The notes under the pieces: model-generated
Seen by the model: only the letters and a program-made list of their open reading frames with translations
What the model was told of the DNA's origin: nothing
Databases searched by the model: none
Position numbers and translations under genes: made by a program
Shown here: piece by piece, positions 18,799 to 31,595 of the stretch
Layout of the letters: every line of letters begins with the position of its first letter
How positions within the stretch are numbered: the stretch's first letter is position 1
NCBI GenBank assembly: GCA_964016885.1
Contig: OZ024742.1
Coordinates: forward strand, 329,034,001-329,098,000
Origin: Eledone cirrhosa
Taxonomy: Eukaryota
Direction: 5' to 3'
DNA length: 64,000 bases

Positions 18799-19863
18799 TT
18801 AATTGTAAGTTGTGATGTTGCTGTTCCACTCATGTTTTCTATTTAATTTTGGTTGTAATTCTTTTATGTTTATTGCCTCTGTGATTTGTCTAAACATTGC
18901 GTCTTTTCTGTGTGTAGATTCTATTTTTATTTCTATGTTCTCTAATTTACCCTTATGTTCTATTTTAGCATGTTGGTAGAGTACAGATGATTCTTTGCTA
19001 TCTTGAAGGTCTCGCCAGTCTTCATTTATCCGTTCCCCTACACTACGAGCTGTCTCACCTATATACACTATATTTTTATCTCTACATTGTTCTTCAGTGC
19101 ATCTTATGCTATATACTACATTTCTAGTTTTACAGTTAATATGGGGGCTTAATTTACAGGTTATACATTTCTTATCTATACAGGGGGGGGGGGGCCTTTG
19201 AAAAGGGTATGTCTTGCTAATATGTGTTTTTATGGAGGTACCTGGTCTTTCTACTATCTTAATATTGAGTTTATGTTTATCTAGGGCCCTTCTAACTTTG
19301 TAAGCTAATTCACCTCTAGGGGTTGTATCGATGAACATTACACTCTGGTATTTATTGCTATCATACCATGAGTTTATTCTATTTGCGTTATTCCTAGTTC
19401 TTTCTATTCTATTCCAAAATTTGCTCCTATGCAAGGGGCAGGTCCCATTTGTGTCATTATTTACCATTTTTTCCCATTTGGTTCTGGCTCCTCTATACAC
19501 TCTGATTTTATCTCTCTGATTGTAACCAGAGAACTGCATACGGTGGATGAAGTCTTGTATGTGTCTCTCTAGTTCTTCGGGATTGCACATGCGGGACACT
19601 TTTCGCATCACCCGTACCAAATCCGCAATCAGTATGTTGATTTTGGTATTGTCCGAAACAGCCGAGTTTCGGCTGATCAGATATTTGGAAGTCAAGGGTT
19701 TGGCATAATGGGAATGGAGGATTTGTCTTTTGTTATTAATGGTATCTAACCAGAGCTCTGTGTCTAGTACAGGTAATCGATGGTTGGGGTGTTTGCTTGG
19801 GTAGTCTATAGTAACTCTAATACTCTGGTGGATGGAGTTAGCTATTTGCTGGATGGTTTCCAT
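18799..19863 (-). pseudogene. Penelope-like RT thumb + GIY-YIG ORF remnant (354 aa)
   Basis: ORF track; upstream catalytic YVDD is interrupted by a stop codon. Confidence 0.88.
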
Positions 19864-20150
19864 TGTGTTTTTCTCTAATTCCTGACTGTTCTCTAGTGGG
19901 GGTGTTTTAACTACGATGTTTATATCATCAACCTAGCGGGAGTACATTATCAGGGTTAAGGGGTCTTCTAATTGTTCTTTAAGTTTAAGTTTAAGTCTAC
20001 TGTCCCACCATACCATGAATAAGTTAGCTATGTCGCCTGCAATATATATAAATATATATATACGTAGGTCCCGGGTTGAGTCGGGGATAACCACAGTAAG
20101 TAAGGTACTCAATACATGGCAGAGTAAATTTTTTTTATTTCATAGAAGGA

Positions 20151-20199
20151 GCTTCTACAGGACTAGTACTGTTTCATTCAGATGAAATCTTCAGGAAGC
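20151..20199 (-). ncRNA. Type I hammerhead ribozyme, family B
   Basis: GCTTC-CTGAAGA-TTTCA TC TGAAT-GAAACAG TACTAGTC CTGT-A-GAAGC. Confidence 0.75.
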
Positions 20200-20212
20200 A
20201 TTCAGATGAAAT

Positions 20213-20260
20213 CTTCCTGAAGATTTCATCTGAATGAAACAGTACTAGTCCTGTAGAAGC
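20213..20260 (+). ncRNA. Type I hammerhead ribozyme, family B (mirror copy)
   Basis: CTTC-CTGAAGA-TTTCATCTGAAT-GAAACAG TACTAGTC CTGT-A-GAAG. Confidence 0.75.
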
Positions 20261-20386
20261 TCCTTCTATAAAATAAATAAATATATATATATATATATAA
20301 ATATATATATATATTTATATACATCTATATAAATATATATATATATTTATATACATATATATAAATATATATATATATGTATATAC

Positions 20387-20443
<57 letters not shown>

Positions 20444-20740
20444 TGATATATTTCCGCCATGTACTGTGCCGTTTGTTTTGTTAATTTTGTTTACCTTTAA
20501 CACTCACACACACACATACGCACGCCCCCCCCCCCCCACATATATATATATTTATAAATATATCTATACATTCATTTGCTGGTTCCGATCATACCACAGT
20601 CAGGATGGGGCATCGCTTTGATTTAGCGAATGATATTGACCCGTGTACTACATGTTAGCTATTGAACAGTCACGTTACGAGATATAAGTACATACACTCA
20701 CGCGCGCACGCAAATATATATATATATATATATATATATA

Positions 20741-20948
20741 GCAATAATAATAAATTTGAAGACTAAAATCCAAAAAGGGCTCGATAAGGATAAATATATA
20801 ACAAATATATAAGAACCGTAGAGCAAGTATTTATTAAAATAACAGATTAAAGTTTAAGCAAAGAATCGCTGGTTAGTTTCAGAAGATCCCGTTAAGGGTG
20901 AAAGCAGCGATTCTTTGCTTAAACTTTAATCTGTTATTTTAATAAATA
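20741..20948. mobile_element. Palindromic mini-element, family C
   Basis: 20828-20871 is inverted at 20905-20948; same family as 40832-41056 and 11008. Confidence 0.85.
20875..20925 (+). ncRNA. Hammerhead-like motif, family C (CAGAAGA core)
   Basis: AGTTT-CAGAAGA-TCCC GTTAA GGGT-GAAAGCA GCGATTCTT TGCT-T-AAACT; all three stems pair. Confidence 0.6.
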
Positions 20949-21467
20949 TATATATATATATATCTGTCGAGAGCTTTATTCGATTTGTGATATTTTGCAT
21001 TCTCGCAATAATACACAACTGAATCATTCGCTTAATAGAGGTGTTACCTCCCTTGCTGAATCCCACGAGGGGTCAGTAATAGACACACTATCTATAGCAT
21101 CTTGGAGCAAAACCCGTTGATAACACGACTTCCTTGTTCATCATCTCACCAGAAGTCCAACATTCTTTATGTAGGCGGACAGTACCTGATTTTTGAGTCG
21201 CAGAAACCAATACTGGATTTTACCATCAGTCCAGGGTCCGGGAAAGTATCAACACATATATTTTTATTGTTTGACCCGAATTACTTGGTCGTTTTGTTTT
21301 GACTGTGCGGATGATATGTTTAACCATCATCTCAGTGTGTTTGGCCCTTAACGTATGTTGTAGCTCTGATTCATATGATTCATCGAGCGCTTGCCACACA
21401 TATCGGACGTTGATTTTCGTTAATACCTGAGCTGAAAACGATTCTCGCTAATTTATATTTGTATATT

Positions 21468-21511
<44 letters not shown>
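21468..21511. repeat. (GATA)n microsatellite
   Basis: Directly visible. Confidence 0.95.
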
Positions 21512-21512
<1 letters not shown>

Positions 21513-22231
21513 CCAGGATTAAATTACATATAATTGATTTACGAACGTTTCGATCAATAACACAGTAATATTCATTTCTGCTCTTTTGGTCTCTTCAAAA
21601 TCCATCAAACAACATAAATAACATATATTTACAAACACATGTCCAAATATCTTAAGTCCAAAAAATATATATTTCTGTTTTTGACTACCAAAATCCATTT
21701 AAAAGGCATTACTAAATCTGAAGTTATATTAGAATCTATAAGGTTGCAACTCCACACAACCATGCTTTTCTTCTTCTCTCTCTTTTTCTTTCTCTATCAA
21801 TTCTTATTATGTGAGGAGTCGGTACAGCCACACGGAGGCACACAGACACATGCGTGAGATATAAATAGAAGATCTAACGTTACCGATGAAAAATAATGGT
21901 GTTACGATACTTATTACGAAAATCGAAAATTGGTGATTAATACTAATTAGTAAGATTTTTTGTTTGAATCTTTTGTTTTAATATCCAGAAAGGATATGTT
22001 ACTATATTGAAATATATTTGCTTACATAAATTGTTATGTTTATATTTACCAAATATTCGGAATTTTTCAATTGATATATATATATCTAGTTATCAGTCGT
22101 TTAACATTGTTATATAATTGATTCTCTGAGATTCATGGAGATTCTTTTGTTGATAAACATAATCATGATATATTTCAGTGTATCGATGAAAGAAATTTAA
22201 TATGTACATTTATGTATATATACATACATAT

Positions 22232-22720
22232 ATGATGGCTGCCTCCTCGTTAACGAGTATGGCCATTGCACGATATACCATTATTAATAATTATTAATTA
22301 ATTCTATCGTGCAATGCCTGTGCGTTTAAAGTGAGGAAAGACTGTGCAATGAGCCAATCCCACTCTCTGAGCGACAGTAACTATAACCCGAAAAGAAGAA
22401 AAGATCAACATCATCGGTAACTACTGAGACGCAGGTTTTATATCGGAGTTATCCCAGTTTCCTGAGTTGCCTTCTCCTAGAAGAATGCCCTGACAATAGA
22501 TAGGGGTCCTTCACTCCCAGTGGTTTAACCGGGCGATCGGGTGTCCAGCCAGACTATTTCCATGTCCCACCGCATATTCATACATATGTACATGTGTATA
22601 TATCTATTTACACACTTTTGAAAGGCCGTTGTCTCTTATGAGTTCTTCCGCCCTTTGTCAGGTCTTTTTTTTCCTGCAACCCCACCAAGTTTACTTGGTG
22701 AGGAGAGTGAGTTTGGACAC
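22232..22720 (-). mobile_element. Diverged RTE-derived short element with an inverted 5' tip
   Basis: Shares ATGGCTGCC..CGAGTA.GGCCA, GCAATGCCTGTGC and CCCACTCTCT with the 17184 element; 22679-22718 is reverse-oriented relative to it. Confidence 0.6.
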
Positions 22721-22822
22721 ATACATACATACATATATATTATATTTATATATATGAAAAGAGTCAGAATCCCGACGGCTGAGCTCCGGCCGTTTCGACA
22801 GCTAGATCATAACTAACCCACC

Positions 22823-22891
<69 letters not shown>

Positions 22892-24912
22892 AACATACAC
22901 AGCTGTACACGCACAGACCAGCTACATACTCACATAGGAGATACTTATACATTCACAGTAACATACAAATAAACAACAGGTACTATGGTGTTCCTTCACA
23001 TATTTATCACATCTATCAACACCCATCACTCAAACCCTTCTTTTATTCATTATGCAACCACTCTCCGCCTTCTCTGTATCTCATCTCTTTCACTCTCTAG
23101 CCATTATTCAAATCCTGTATTTCAATATCTATGTTATTTCCCCACCCACGTTTCCGATCACATCCTCTCCTTTTTCCTAGTCTTTCTTTCCCATAACTCA
23201 CACCATCTCTTTCACTCTCTATCTCATCAAACAAACCTTCTCCTTCACTCCCTATTTAATCACACCTACTCTCCCATTTCTCTGAGTCTATGCCGTCGCT
23301 TAGGTTTTGCTCCTCCTACATTAGTCGCTCTCTGAGACCCCAAACATGTTCCTCCGGTTGCAGTCCCATGTTTCCCTAATCTCTCTTCCATCATCATCTA
23401 GCATTTTCTTCACCATTATAATTCTACAGTATAATTATTAAAGCAAAGTACTTCTTTCGTGTGTGAACTCCCTAATTCGCGATCGCCATTATATTTGGTT
23501 ATATTGCTAATTCATTTAATACATATGCAATGTACATTATTCTTACCCAGTTCGGATTCTTCCTCGATTCCACCCTTGGTGTCCTATGCCACTCGTTAGA
23601 GAATCACTGTTGTATATTCTGTCGACACCCATAGGAACGTATCGTTGAGAGATAAAGATAGCGGCACATACCTTCACTTAAACTTTATATATTAATTATT
23701 AAAGAAAATATTTCTAATTCATGATGTATATACTAATTTAATATAGTTTAATGAATGTTTATAATTGTTTTCTATGTTGGACAAACAGTGTATCATCAAC
23801 GATTTAAGCTTAACGTTTATACTAATGCTTAACGTTAATAAATGCAAGTCACCTTTCATCGTTTCGAGGACGATAGATTACTTGTCCAGAATTGGGTCGA
23901 TTCTACCTCTCTCTTCTCAAGAAAGCAACGAATCAACTGTAATTTTCTTGTGTGAAATACTGTGGAAATAAGGAAGAAATAGTGCAGTGCAATGCAGTGA
24001 AATGATGCCGAGTGTGTGTATGTTATATTCTTAGCCCCAGATCGGCTATAATGAATCTAGGGTACGATATATTACAGCCGTGACCATCATGGCTGTTTGA
24101 ATACTGAATATATTATGTACAAGTACATTAATTTACTGAATACACTTCACCGCTTTTAAGATAATAATTTGAAGGAGATATGTTTACTCCTTAGACCACA
24201 TAATGACGTAACTCTTGTTTACAGTACGTCATGATTTGGCTAGTCATAGTAACGAAACATTTAGCTATTATTTATGGTACGTAGTAGCTCTCATAAAGAG
24301 TTAAAGAGAAACAAATATTATAACAGAACTGTTTGGGTCATTAAAAGTCTTAGTGTTTGAGAAAAACATAATTCTTAGTTCCGACATAAATGTCTGGTGT
24401 AACATGCAGTCAAGTTATTTTTCAGGAGGTGGGAGCCAGTATTTATATGCAGATATATGTGCATGCTAGAAAAGTACCAAAAATGTATAAGGGTTAGACA
24501 AATTGTCTAAGACGAAGTCCATCCTGTATGAACTGGGTAAAGATAGAGAAGAGAAGGATTATGGTGTGAATATCTCTCGACCAGAAAGGTCTTATACTCA
24601 AGGAACACATCATGTTAGCCATGTCAACATTTTGGTTTGTGTGAGTTGTCCAGCTAAAATTGTTACTCTCAATTACCACAATGTCTCTGGTCTCGTTGGA
24701 AACCACAAGTGTTTCACCCGAGGAAAAAGAATATGGTAATTTCAGTGCATCCTTTTTAACAAAGTGGAATAATTAAAACTTATCTTCGTTTAGTGGCATA
24801 TTGTTTTTTGTATAACCATTGGTTAACAGCAAACAGATCCGATTGAAAGCATGTCCTATCTCACACACCGTTGATAACATTCTAGAGCTTAGAATCATCA
24901 GCAGAGATTAGT

Positions 24913-25061
24913 CCAGTGTATTATGGTACTTTATTTTATCGACCACGTAAGGATGAAAGGCAAAGTTAACCTCAGTGGGATTTGAACTCAGACCATAAAG
25001 GGCCGTAACTCTTTGCTACAAGGCAAAGCATCCGACCTTATACCGATACTGCCAATCCACC
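24913..25061 (-). mobile_element. SINE family 1
   Basis: Reverse complement of the core plus B-box-like GAGTTCAAATCC. Confidence 0.8.
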
Positions 25062-25205
25062 AAATAATGAAGATAAGTGGGCCCAACTTAATGACATATG
25101 AGATACCACTACTGACGTTACATGAGATTCATAATATTTCTTCGAACAAAGCATACTGCGCCCTGTTCGTTAGGAAATATAGAATCCAATGTTGGGTAGT
25201 TTCTT

Positions 25206-25236
<31 letters not shown>

Positions 25237-25244
<8 letters not shown>

Positions 25245-25487
25245 ATACTTTGGGAGGGTCATGTTGCCAATAAGAAACACACGCACCAGTTGCTTTCACT
25301 TCAATTTATTATAATAAATTCATAATAAATTTATAAATTTATTATAAATTTATTATAATAAATTGAAGTGAAACCAACTGGTGCGTGTGTTTCTTATTGG
25401 CAACATGACCCTCCCAAAGTATAACAATATCGGTTTCAACACACGATTTCAGATAAAGAATCTTGCTAAACAAACTCAGAAACGAAA
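25237..25487. mobile_element. Palindromic mini-element, family A, made of inverted copies of the Penelope-like 3' end
   Basis: Arms (GAGGGTCATGTTGCCAATAAGAAACACACGCACCAGT) match 18355-18490; in (TA)n. Confidence 0.9.
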
Positions 25488-26284
25488 TATATATATATAT
25501 AGTTTTATACATATAAGCATGAGTATTTTGTTTATCTACCGATATACGGTATGTCTATGAATAAACATTTGACATCGTTCAGCTATGAATTCTGGAAACT
25601 GATGACGTAGCGTCATCTAGCGCATTCCACCGGAGGCAAAGGGATGGTAACTGTCAACGACAATCATCGTTTCTTACTATAGACGTTATCAACACAGTGC
25701 TCTGTTAGCTTGCTCTCTGCTGGAACTCAATGTAGGCGAAAAGATATAGTTTTGACACCTGTGTACATGGGCTGGTTACCAGATTTCCAGTGATATGTAA
25801 TAAAATGAAAGAGGTCTCATTTGCCCGCATTTATCTTTCTTGCTTGCTGAATCTTTCTTAATTCACGTGTTCATAAATCTGAGCACGTTGTTGGGTGGGT
25901 AGTGAGGATCAGTCTGATAATCAACCTTATTTAGTAGCCATGATAGACTCATCACTCGGCTTTATGCACCAGAACGATCAGACGTTGTTTCCTTTGTGTC
26001 TGTGCATCAATTTGTGAATGTGGATATCTGTGTAAAGCAACGTAGCATTGTGGGTAGTATGTTTGGTTCACAATTGTAAAGTCATAAAGTCATTCCATGC
26101 GGCCCGTATACAAAAAGTGCTCAAGTATGTAGAAAGTGCTCAAGCGCAGAAATGCTATGAAGATATCTTATAACATACGTACTCATAACGGCCGATGGCA
26201 ACTTCTTTTTCTGTCTGTTAAGGGTTTTCACCCTATTTTATAAGCTATCTTTAACCATTTCTGGGCTTCAGCACTTTTATTATA

Positions 26285-26327
<43 letters not shown>

Positions 26328-26393
26328 CCTCAGCGCTTCAAAAGCCGAAAATTAAGCTTCGTACATTGTATGTATTTATATATTCTAAACACA

Positions 26394-26450
<57 letters not shown>

Positions 26451-26498
26451 TTATATATATATATATATATAATATATATATATATATATAATATATAT

Positions 26499-26549
<51 letters not shown>

Positions 26550-26561
26550 TTATATATATAT

Positions 26562-26669
<108 letters not shown>

Positions 26670-27374
26670 GAAAGCGAGAGAAAGCGAGAGAATAATATGT
26701 AAAAAAATACGATAAACAAAAGTAAAAACATAATGTACATCTACAAGAAATAGATCAAAATGGCTGTGTAAGATATTCAACGAATTTAAATGTGCTGGTT
26801 GGTGTGTTGTAATATGAAATGAGACAGTTGTATTACTGGCTTAATATATTCCATATGTGAAGAAGTGGAGAAGCCAGAAGCTGGAGATTAGCGGGTCAGT
26901 TACTTATTGCCACATCTCAAACGACGCCTTCCTATTCATTCAATTCTAGTTTAATTTAAAACCAAACCACATCGTATCTTCTTGCCTTCCCCTTCACCTC
27001 TTATAATTGTTTCTAGTGTCTATTTATTGCAAACATAAATATATATTGAAGAACATAAATACAGAAAGAGTGAAGGAAAGAGAGACGGGAGGGTAGGAGT
27101 GATATACACTACGATAGACAAACTATTCAACAGTTAGGCAGGCGTAGATCTAAATAGCGTTTTATCTCTCTTGTTACTAAACTAGATAGGCATATGACTG
27201 TATATATGTGCGTGTATGTGTGTATAAAGGTATATGGGTGTGCATGCATGCGTGTATGTGTGCATGTGTTTGCATATATAGATGTGTGTTTAATAGTGCG
27301 AACCAGACGGACGTAGGAATAGACAGAGATAATTGGATAAATAGAGGCACTCAAGACGAAGCTAGACGTGGAGA

Positions 27375-27597
27375 TTATTGGCTTGGCAGTCTTGCTAGAG
27401 CGTCGGACAATATGCTTTGCGTCTTATAATTGCGTGCCGTTACGTTCTGAGTTCAAATCTCACCAAAGTTAGCTTTGCCTTTCATCATTCGGTGGTCGAT
27501 AAAATAAAGTAGCAATAACGCACTGAGATTGATTTAATCAACTTTCCAGTCTCCCCAAATCATTTGACTTTGTACCCAAATCAGAAATCATTATTAC
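27375..27597 (+). mobile_element. SINE family 1, diverged
   Basis: GAGTTCAAATC...TTTGCCTTTCATC...GTCGATAAAATAAAGTA. Confidence 0.7.
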
Positions 27598-27632
27598 TAG
27601 TGTGAATTAATACTAGTGTGAAGGGCGGTAGA

Positions 27633-27832
27633 NNNNNNNNNNNNNNNNNNNNNNNNNNNNNNNNNNNNNNNNNNNNNNNNNNNNNNNNNNNNNNNNNNNN
27701 NNNNNNNNNNNNNNNNNNNNNNNNNNNNNNNNNNNNNNNNNNNNNNNNNNNNNNNNNNNNNNNNNNNNNNNNNNNNNNNNNNNNNNNNNNNNNNNNNNNN
27801 NNNNNNNNNNNNNNNNNNNNNNNNNNNNNNNN
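27633..27832. other. Assembly gap, 200 N
   Basis: Directly visible. Confidence 1.
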
Positions 27833-28137
27833 GATAGGCAATAATCTGGGGCTATAAACAACAACAGTAATAAGCCTAAAGGGATCAAATCCAACCTAGT
27901 GGCAAACAAAATTTAAAGAATTTATTAATTAAAAACTTGACACATCAACCAAATCCTCCCTCAAATTACATTCTGTCACTTTAACAAAACGAAGTTTGCA
28001 TTTGTTAATCTACTCCTGTAGATACATAATGACTGTAACGAAACGAGAACATAAAGAAGCACTATAATCGTGGAGTGTCTGAAACTGGAGGAATCTAAAG
28101 TCGGAAAGATTAACGTAAAATCTAAAGTCTGTCTCAA

Positions 28138-28405
28138 GCCCGAAGCTTAATCAGGTCGATGCTTATTCCGGTTTATGTGGCGTTAGGTGACTGAGAATAC
28201 AAGACCTTCCCCAGGACAGGACACCAGTCCATTGCAGGGTTAAACCCCAGCTATTGCTGGTATTCATTTTCAGCTGAATATCCTGGAGCAACATGAAACG
28301 AAGTGTTTTGCTCAATAATACAACACAAAACCCAGTCCAGGATTCAAATCCACAACATTATAATTGTAAGTCCAACACACTTATCACTAGGAGACCCGCC
28401 TCCAC
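28138..28405 (-). mobile_element. tRNA-derived, CORE-like SINE; partial duplicate at 28695-28771
   Basis: Minus strand has a tRNA-like head, TTGAGCAAAACACTT and CAGCTGAAAATGAATACC. Confidence 0.65.
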
Positions 28406-28771
28406 AAAGATCACCGTACATTATCTATATACCAAATGAAATACCAGTACACGCAACTATAACGTTTATCATAAAAATGTAGCTTCATCTTTAATCCAGT
28501 TTAGAATTATACAATTTTGAGTTTTGAAACTTGCTCACATTAAAATGTTGGAGTGAAAAATTGCTAGATAACAATTGAAAACCGAAGAGGAATTGAAGAA
28601 ACATGAAATTACAAGCGGTGGATGCTGATCTGGGTCAGTCGGAACCACTTGTTTAGAGTAATTTTTGTAAGTCATTATTATTCTATACCTTCATGTGGCG
28701 TTAGGTGACTGAAAATACAAGACCTTTCTCTGGACAGGACACAAGTCCATTACAGAGTTAAACCCCAGCTA

Positions 28772-28958
28772 TGGGCGGTAGATTGGCAGTATCGTAGAGG
28801 GTCGGACGCCAAGCTTTCCAGCATAGTTACGTCCCTTTGCGGTCTGAGTTCAAATCCCGCCGAGCTTAACTTTGCCTTTCATCCTTACTGGCTCGATAAA
28901 ATAAAGTACCAGTGATGTACTGGGTAATTGATGGCCTTGTGCCAAAAGTAGAAACATT
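28772..28958 (+). mobile_element. SINE family 1, near full length
   Basis: GGGCGGTAGATTGGCAG head, GAGTTCAAATCCCGCCGAG, conserved core. Confidence 0.85.
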
Positions 28959-29866
28959 TATTATTCTATACCTTCTTAAAATAGACAAGATATATACATT
29001 CATATTTGAGTCATTAATGGACGAGGCAAAGGTTGAATGTCATAGCAACAGAACTTCAAAAGGACATACTATCACAGCTGCCATACCGTTGGAAATTATA
29101 AAATAATTACCAGCTATTTTCTTATTATAAATTGCCAAAGTGATACTGTTGTGGATTAGTAATGAAATATTTAAGCATGATGGACTATCACTTTCTGCTT
29201 CAATTGCCCGACCAGAACACATAACACTGTATGACCCTCAATAAGAAGTTCTAAACCTGCAAATGGCTACTGTAGAAGAGGCCTGATCAAACACGAAAAA
29301 TAGCAACTATATTAAAAGAAATAACGAGGGTTAATCGATATTTCCGCAATTGGTAGCTTGCAGTAAGAGGGTTCCACCATGGTGTAGAGTTCGGAACCAT
29401 ATAAGAAGATTTACAGGCTTGATTGTCTCGCTAAATATAAAATCATGTTAGATAATATAATTCTAAATTCCCAGCACGTAGAAAAAGACGTTTTGATTGT
29501 GAGTGGTATGTTTTTGATCCTAGGCCAGCCCGCTCTGGATAGACCTCGGGTTAATGAACAAGAACTGTAGATAACCTACCAGATAAAAAAAGGTTTATTA
29601 AATTCAGCAGTAATCTAGGAGTGTTCCTTTCTGGGAAATACCTCAGTAATACAAAACATTCGTAGTATTATTTAAAACACACAAAAAAATATATGTATAT
29701 ATAAACCCATGTTGTAAATATATACATATATATGTGTGTGTGTGTGTGAGTATGTGAGTGTAAGTGTGTGTGGATGTGTGTGTGTTTGTAGCAAGTTGTC
29801 ACTATATATTCTCATTCCATTTTTAAGCCTAACTTAACTAGCAACTACACAGCCGTCCTATTCTCC

Positions 29867-29931
<65 letters not shown>

Positions 29932-30595
29932 AAACTTGCCACAGACACACACATTATGACATATCATAATACAACAATATTATAATAAGTATGGAAACAA
30001 TATATTGCCCAGAAATTTAGGATGACATTTTCATTATTAAAACGCTCGATATTCTTTGAGTTCATATCCCGCTGTTCTCACCCTTGTATATCCATATCTC
30101 CAGGGTCCTAGAATAAATACTAAAAATATATTGAGGTCACATCCAATCGACTCTACTGGATGACAAAATTTGGTATAAAGTTCAAAAGAAATCTAAATTA
30201 TTTTTATCCTATAGGAATGTTCGCCATTTCAAACCATTCATTGGACATAAATAAAAGCAGTCCCTACCCTTCCCTGATCCCCGAACCCTACCCCTCGTGT
30301 CCCTAAATGTCCCTGGATTACTGTTTGATTATGACTCAGTCATCGTGGCATTCTTCACAGCCGACTGATCGTACAGTACTAAACCATTTCACTTCATCGA
30401 TTCCTTTCATCTGTTCCTCACCCATTCCCCTAGTTCTCCCTCTCTTCCTTTCACAAGTCTAAATATAATTATGTATATGTACGTGTGCAATGTGTGTATA
30501 TATTTGATGTATGTATGTATGTATGTATGTATGTATGTATGTATGTATGTATGTATGTATGTATGTATGTATGTATCGGAGAAAGAGAGAGAGAG

Positions 30596-30647
<52 letters not shown>

Positions 30648-31050
30648 CTCTCCCTCTTTTTCCACTCTACACACACAGATATACATACATCATACATACA
30701 TACAAACACTCTGCATAGTTAAATTATTGTTTTTACACAGGCGTTGTACGTATTTGTAATCATGTATCCATGTATGTATGTATGTTTGTATTTATTTATG
30801 TATGTATCTGTAGGTTTATATGGGACCCCCGCCCCCCATACACATACAAACATTTATATGTGAGTGTGTGTGTAGTGCAAAGCCTTCATATAACTTACTA
30901 TATACATCAATGACTAATCTGCCCGCTTTTTTTAACACCAAATATTCTTCGTGTGTAAAACATTCTGAAAATATATGCAGTGTATATTTATATATCTATT
31001 ATGCAAATTTGCAGGCATATGCTTGTGACATTTATATATATATATACATT

Positions 31051-31330
31051 GGCATTCCGTCGGTCACGACGATGAGTTTTCAGCTGATCCGATGAACGGA
31101 ACAGCCTTCTCATAAAATTAACGTGCAAGTGGATTACCATTCCACAATCCCGCGTACATTTACGGTAGTTCTGAAGGAGATTCAGTGTGACACAGAATAT
31201 GACAAGGTTGGCCCTTCACATTAAAGCTAGAAATCTTTTTTGCCAGGTGAGTGGACTGGAGGAACGTGAAATAAAATGTCTTGCTCAAGGACTAAACGCG
31301 CCACTAGGAATCGGTATCATATCATTACAA
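31051..31330 (+). mobile_element. Interspersed repeat (SINE-like), family 3
   Basis: Related segments near 55845-56230, 60490-60680 and 62620-62900. Confidence 0.55.
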
Positions 31331-31393
31331 ATATCTGAACGTATGGGGAGGTATTAGCTATGAGTCTCAAACTTCGAAGTCACTAACATGTTT

Positions 31394-31496
<103 letters not shown>

Positions 31497-31537
31497 ATTA
31501 TATATATATATTATATATTATATATATATATTATATA

Positions 31538-31595
<58 letters not shown>

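Larger units (their letters stand above)
18355..20042 (-). mobile_element. Penelope-like retroelement, 5'-truncated, with RT C-terminus, GIY-YIG endonuclease and 3' terminal region
   Basis: Reads IANLFMVWWD...YSR*VDDI, LPVLDTELW, Cys-rich linker CIDKKCITC, NVVYSIRC...VYIGETARSVGERINE; flanked by (TA)n. Confidence 0.92.
20063..20278. mobile_element. Palindromic mini-element, family B, copy 1
   Basis: Inverted arms around ~20205, left arm longer; related to 60049 and 63086 copies; in (TA)n. Confidence 0.85.

Noticed and set aside
22764-22822. Minus-strand GTTATGA...GAAACGGCCG hammerhead-like remnant
   Set aside because: The core has two mismatches and there is no convincing stem II.
25599-25618. 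CTGATGA as a hammerhead core
   Set aside because: It lies in a simple hairpin with no GAAA or stem III downstream.
28772-28862. tRNA gene
   Set aside because: A/B-box-like head of a multi-copy SINE; no complete cloverleaf.
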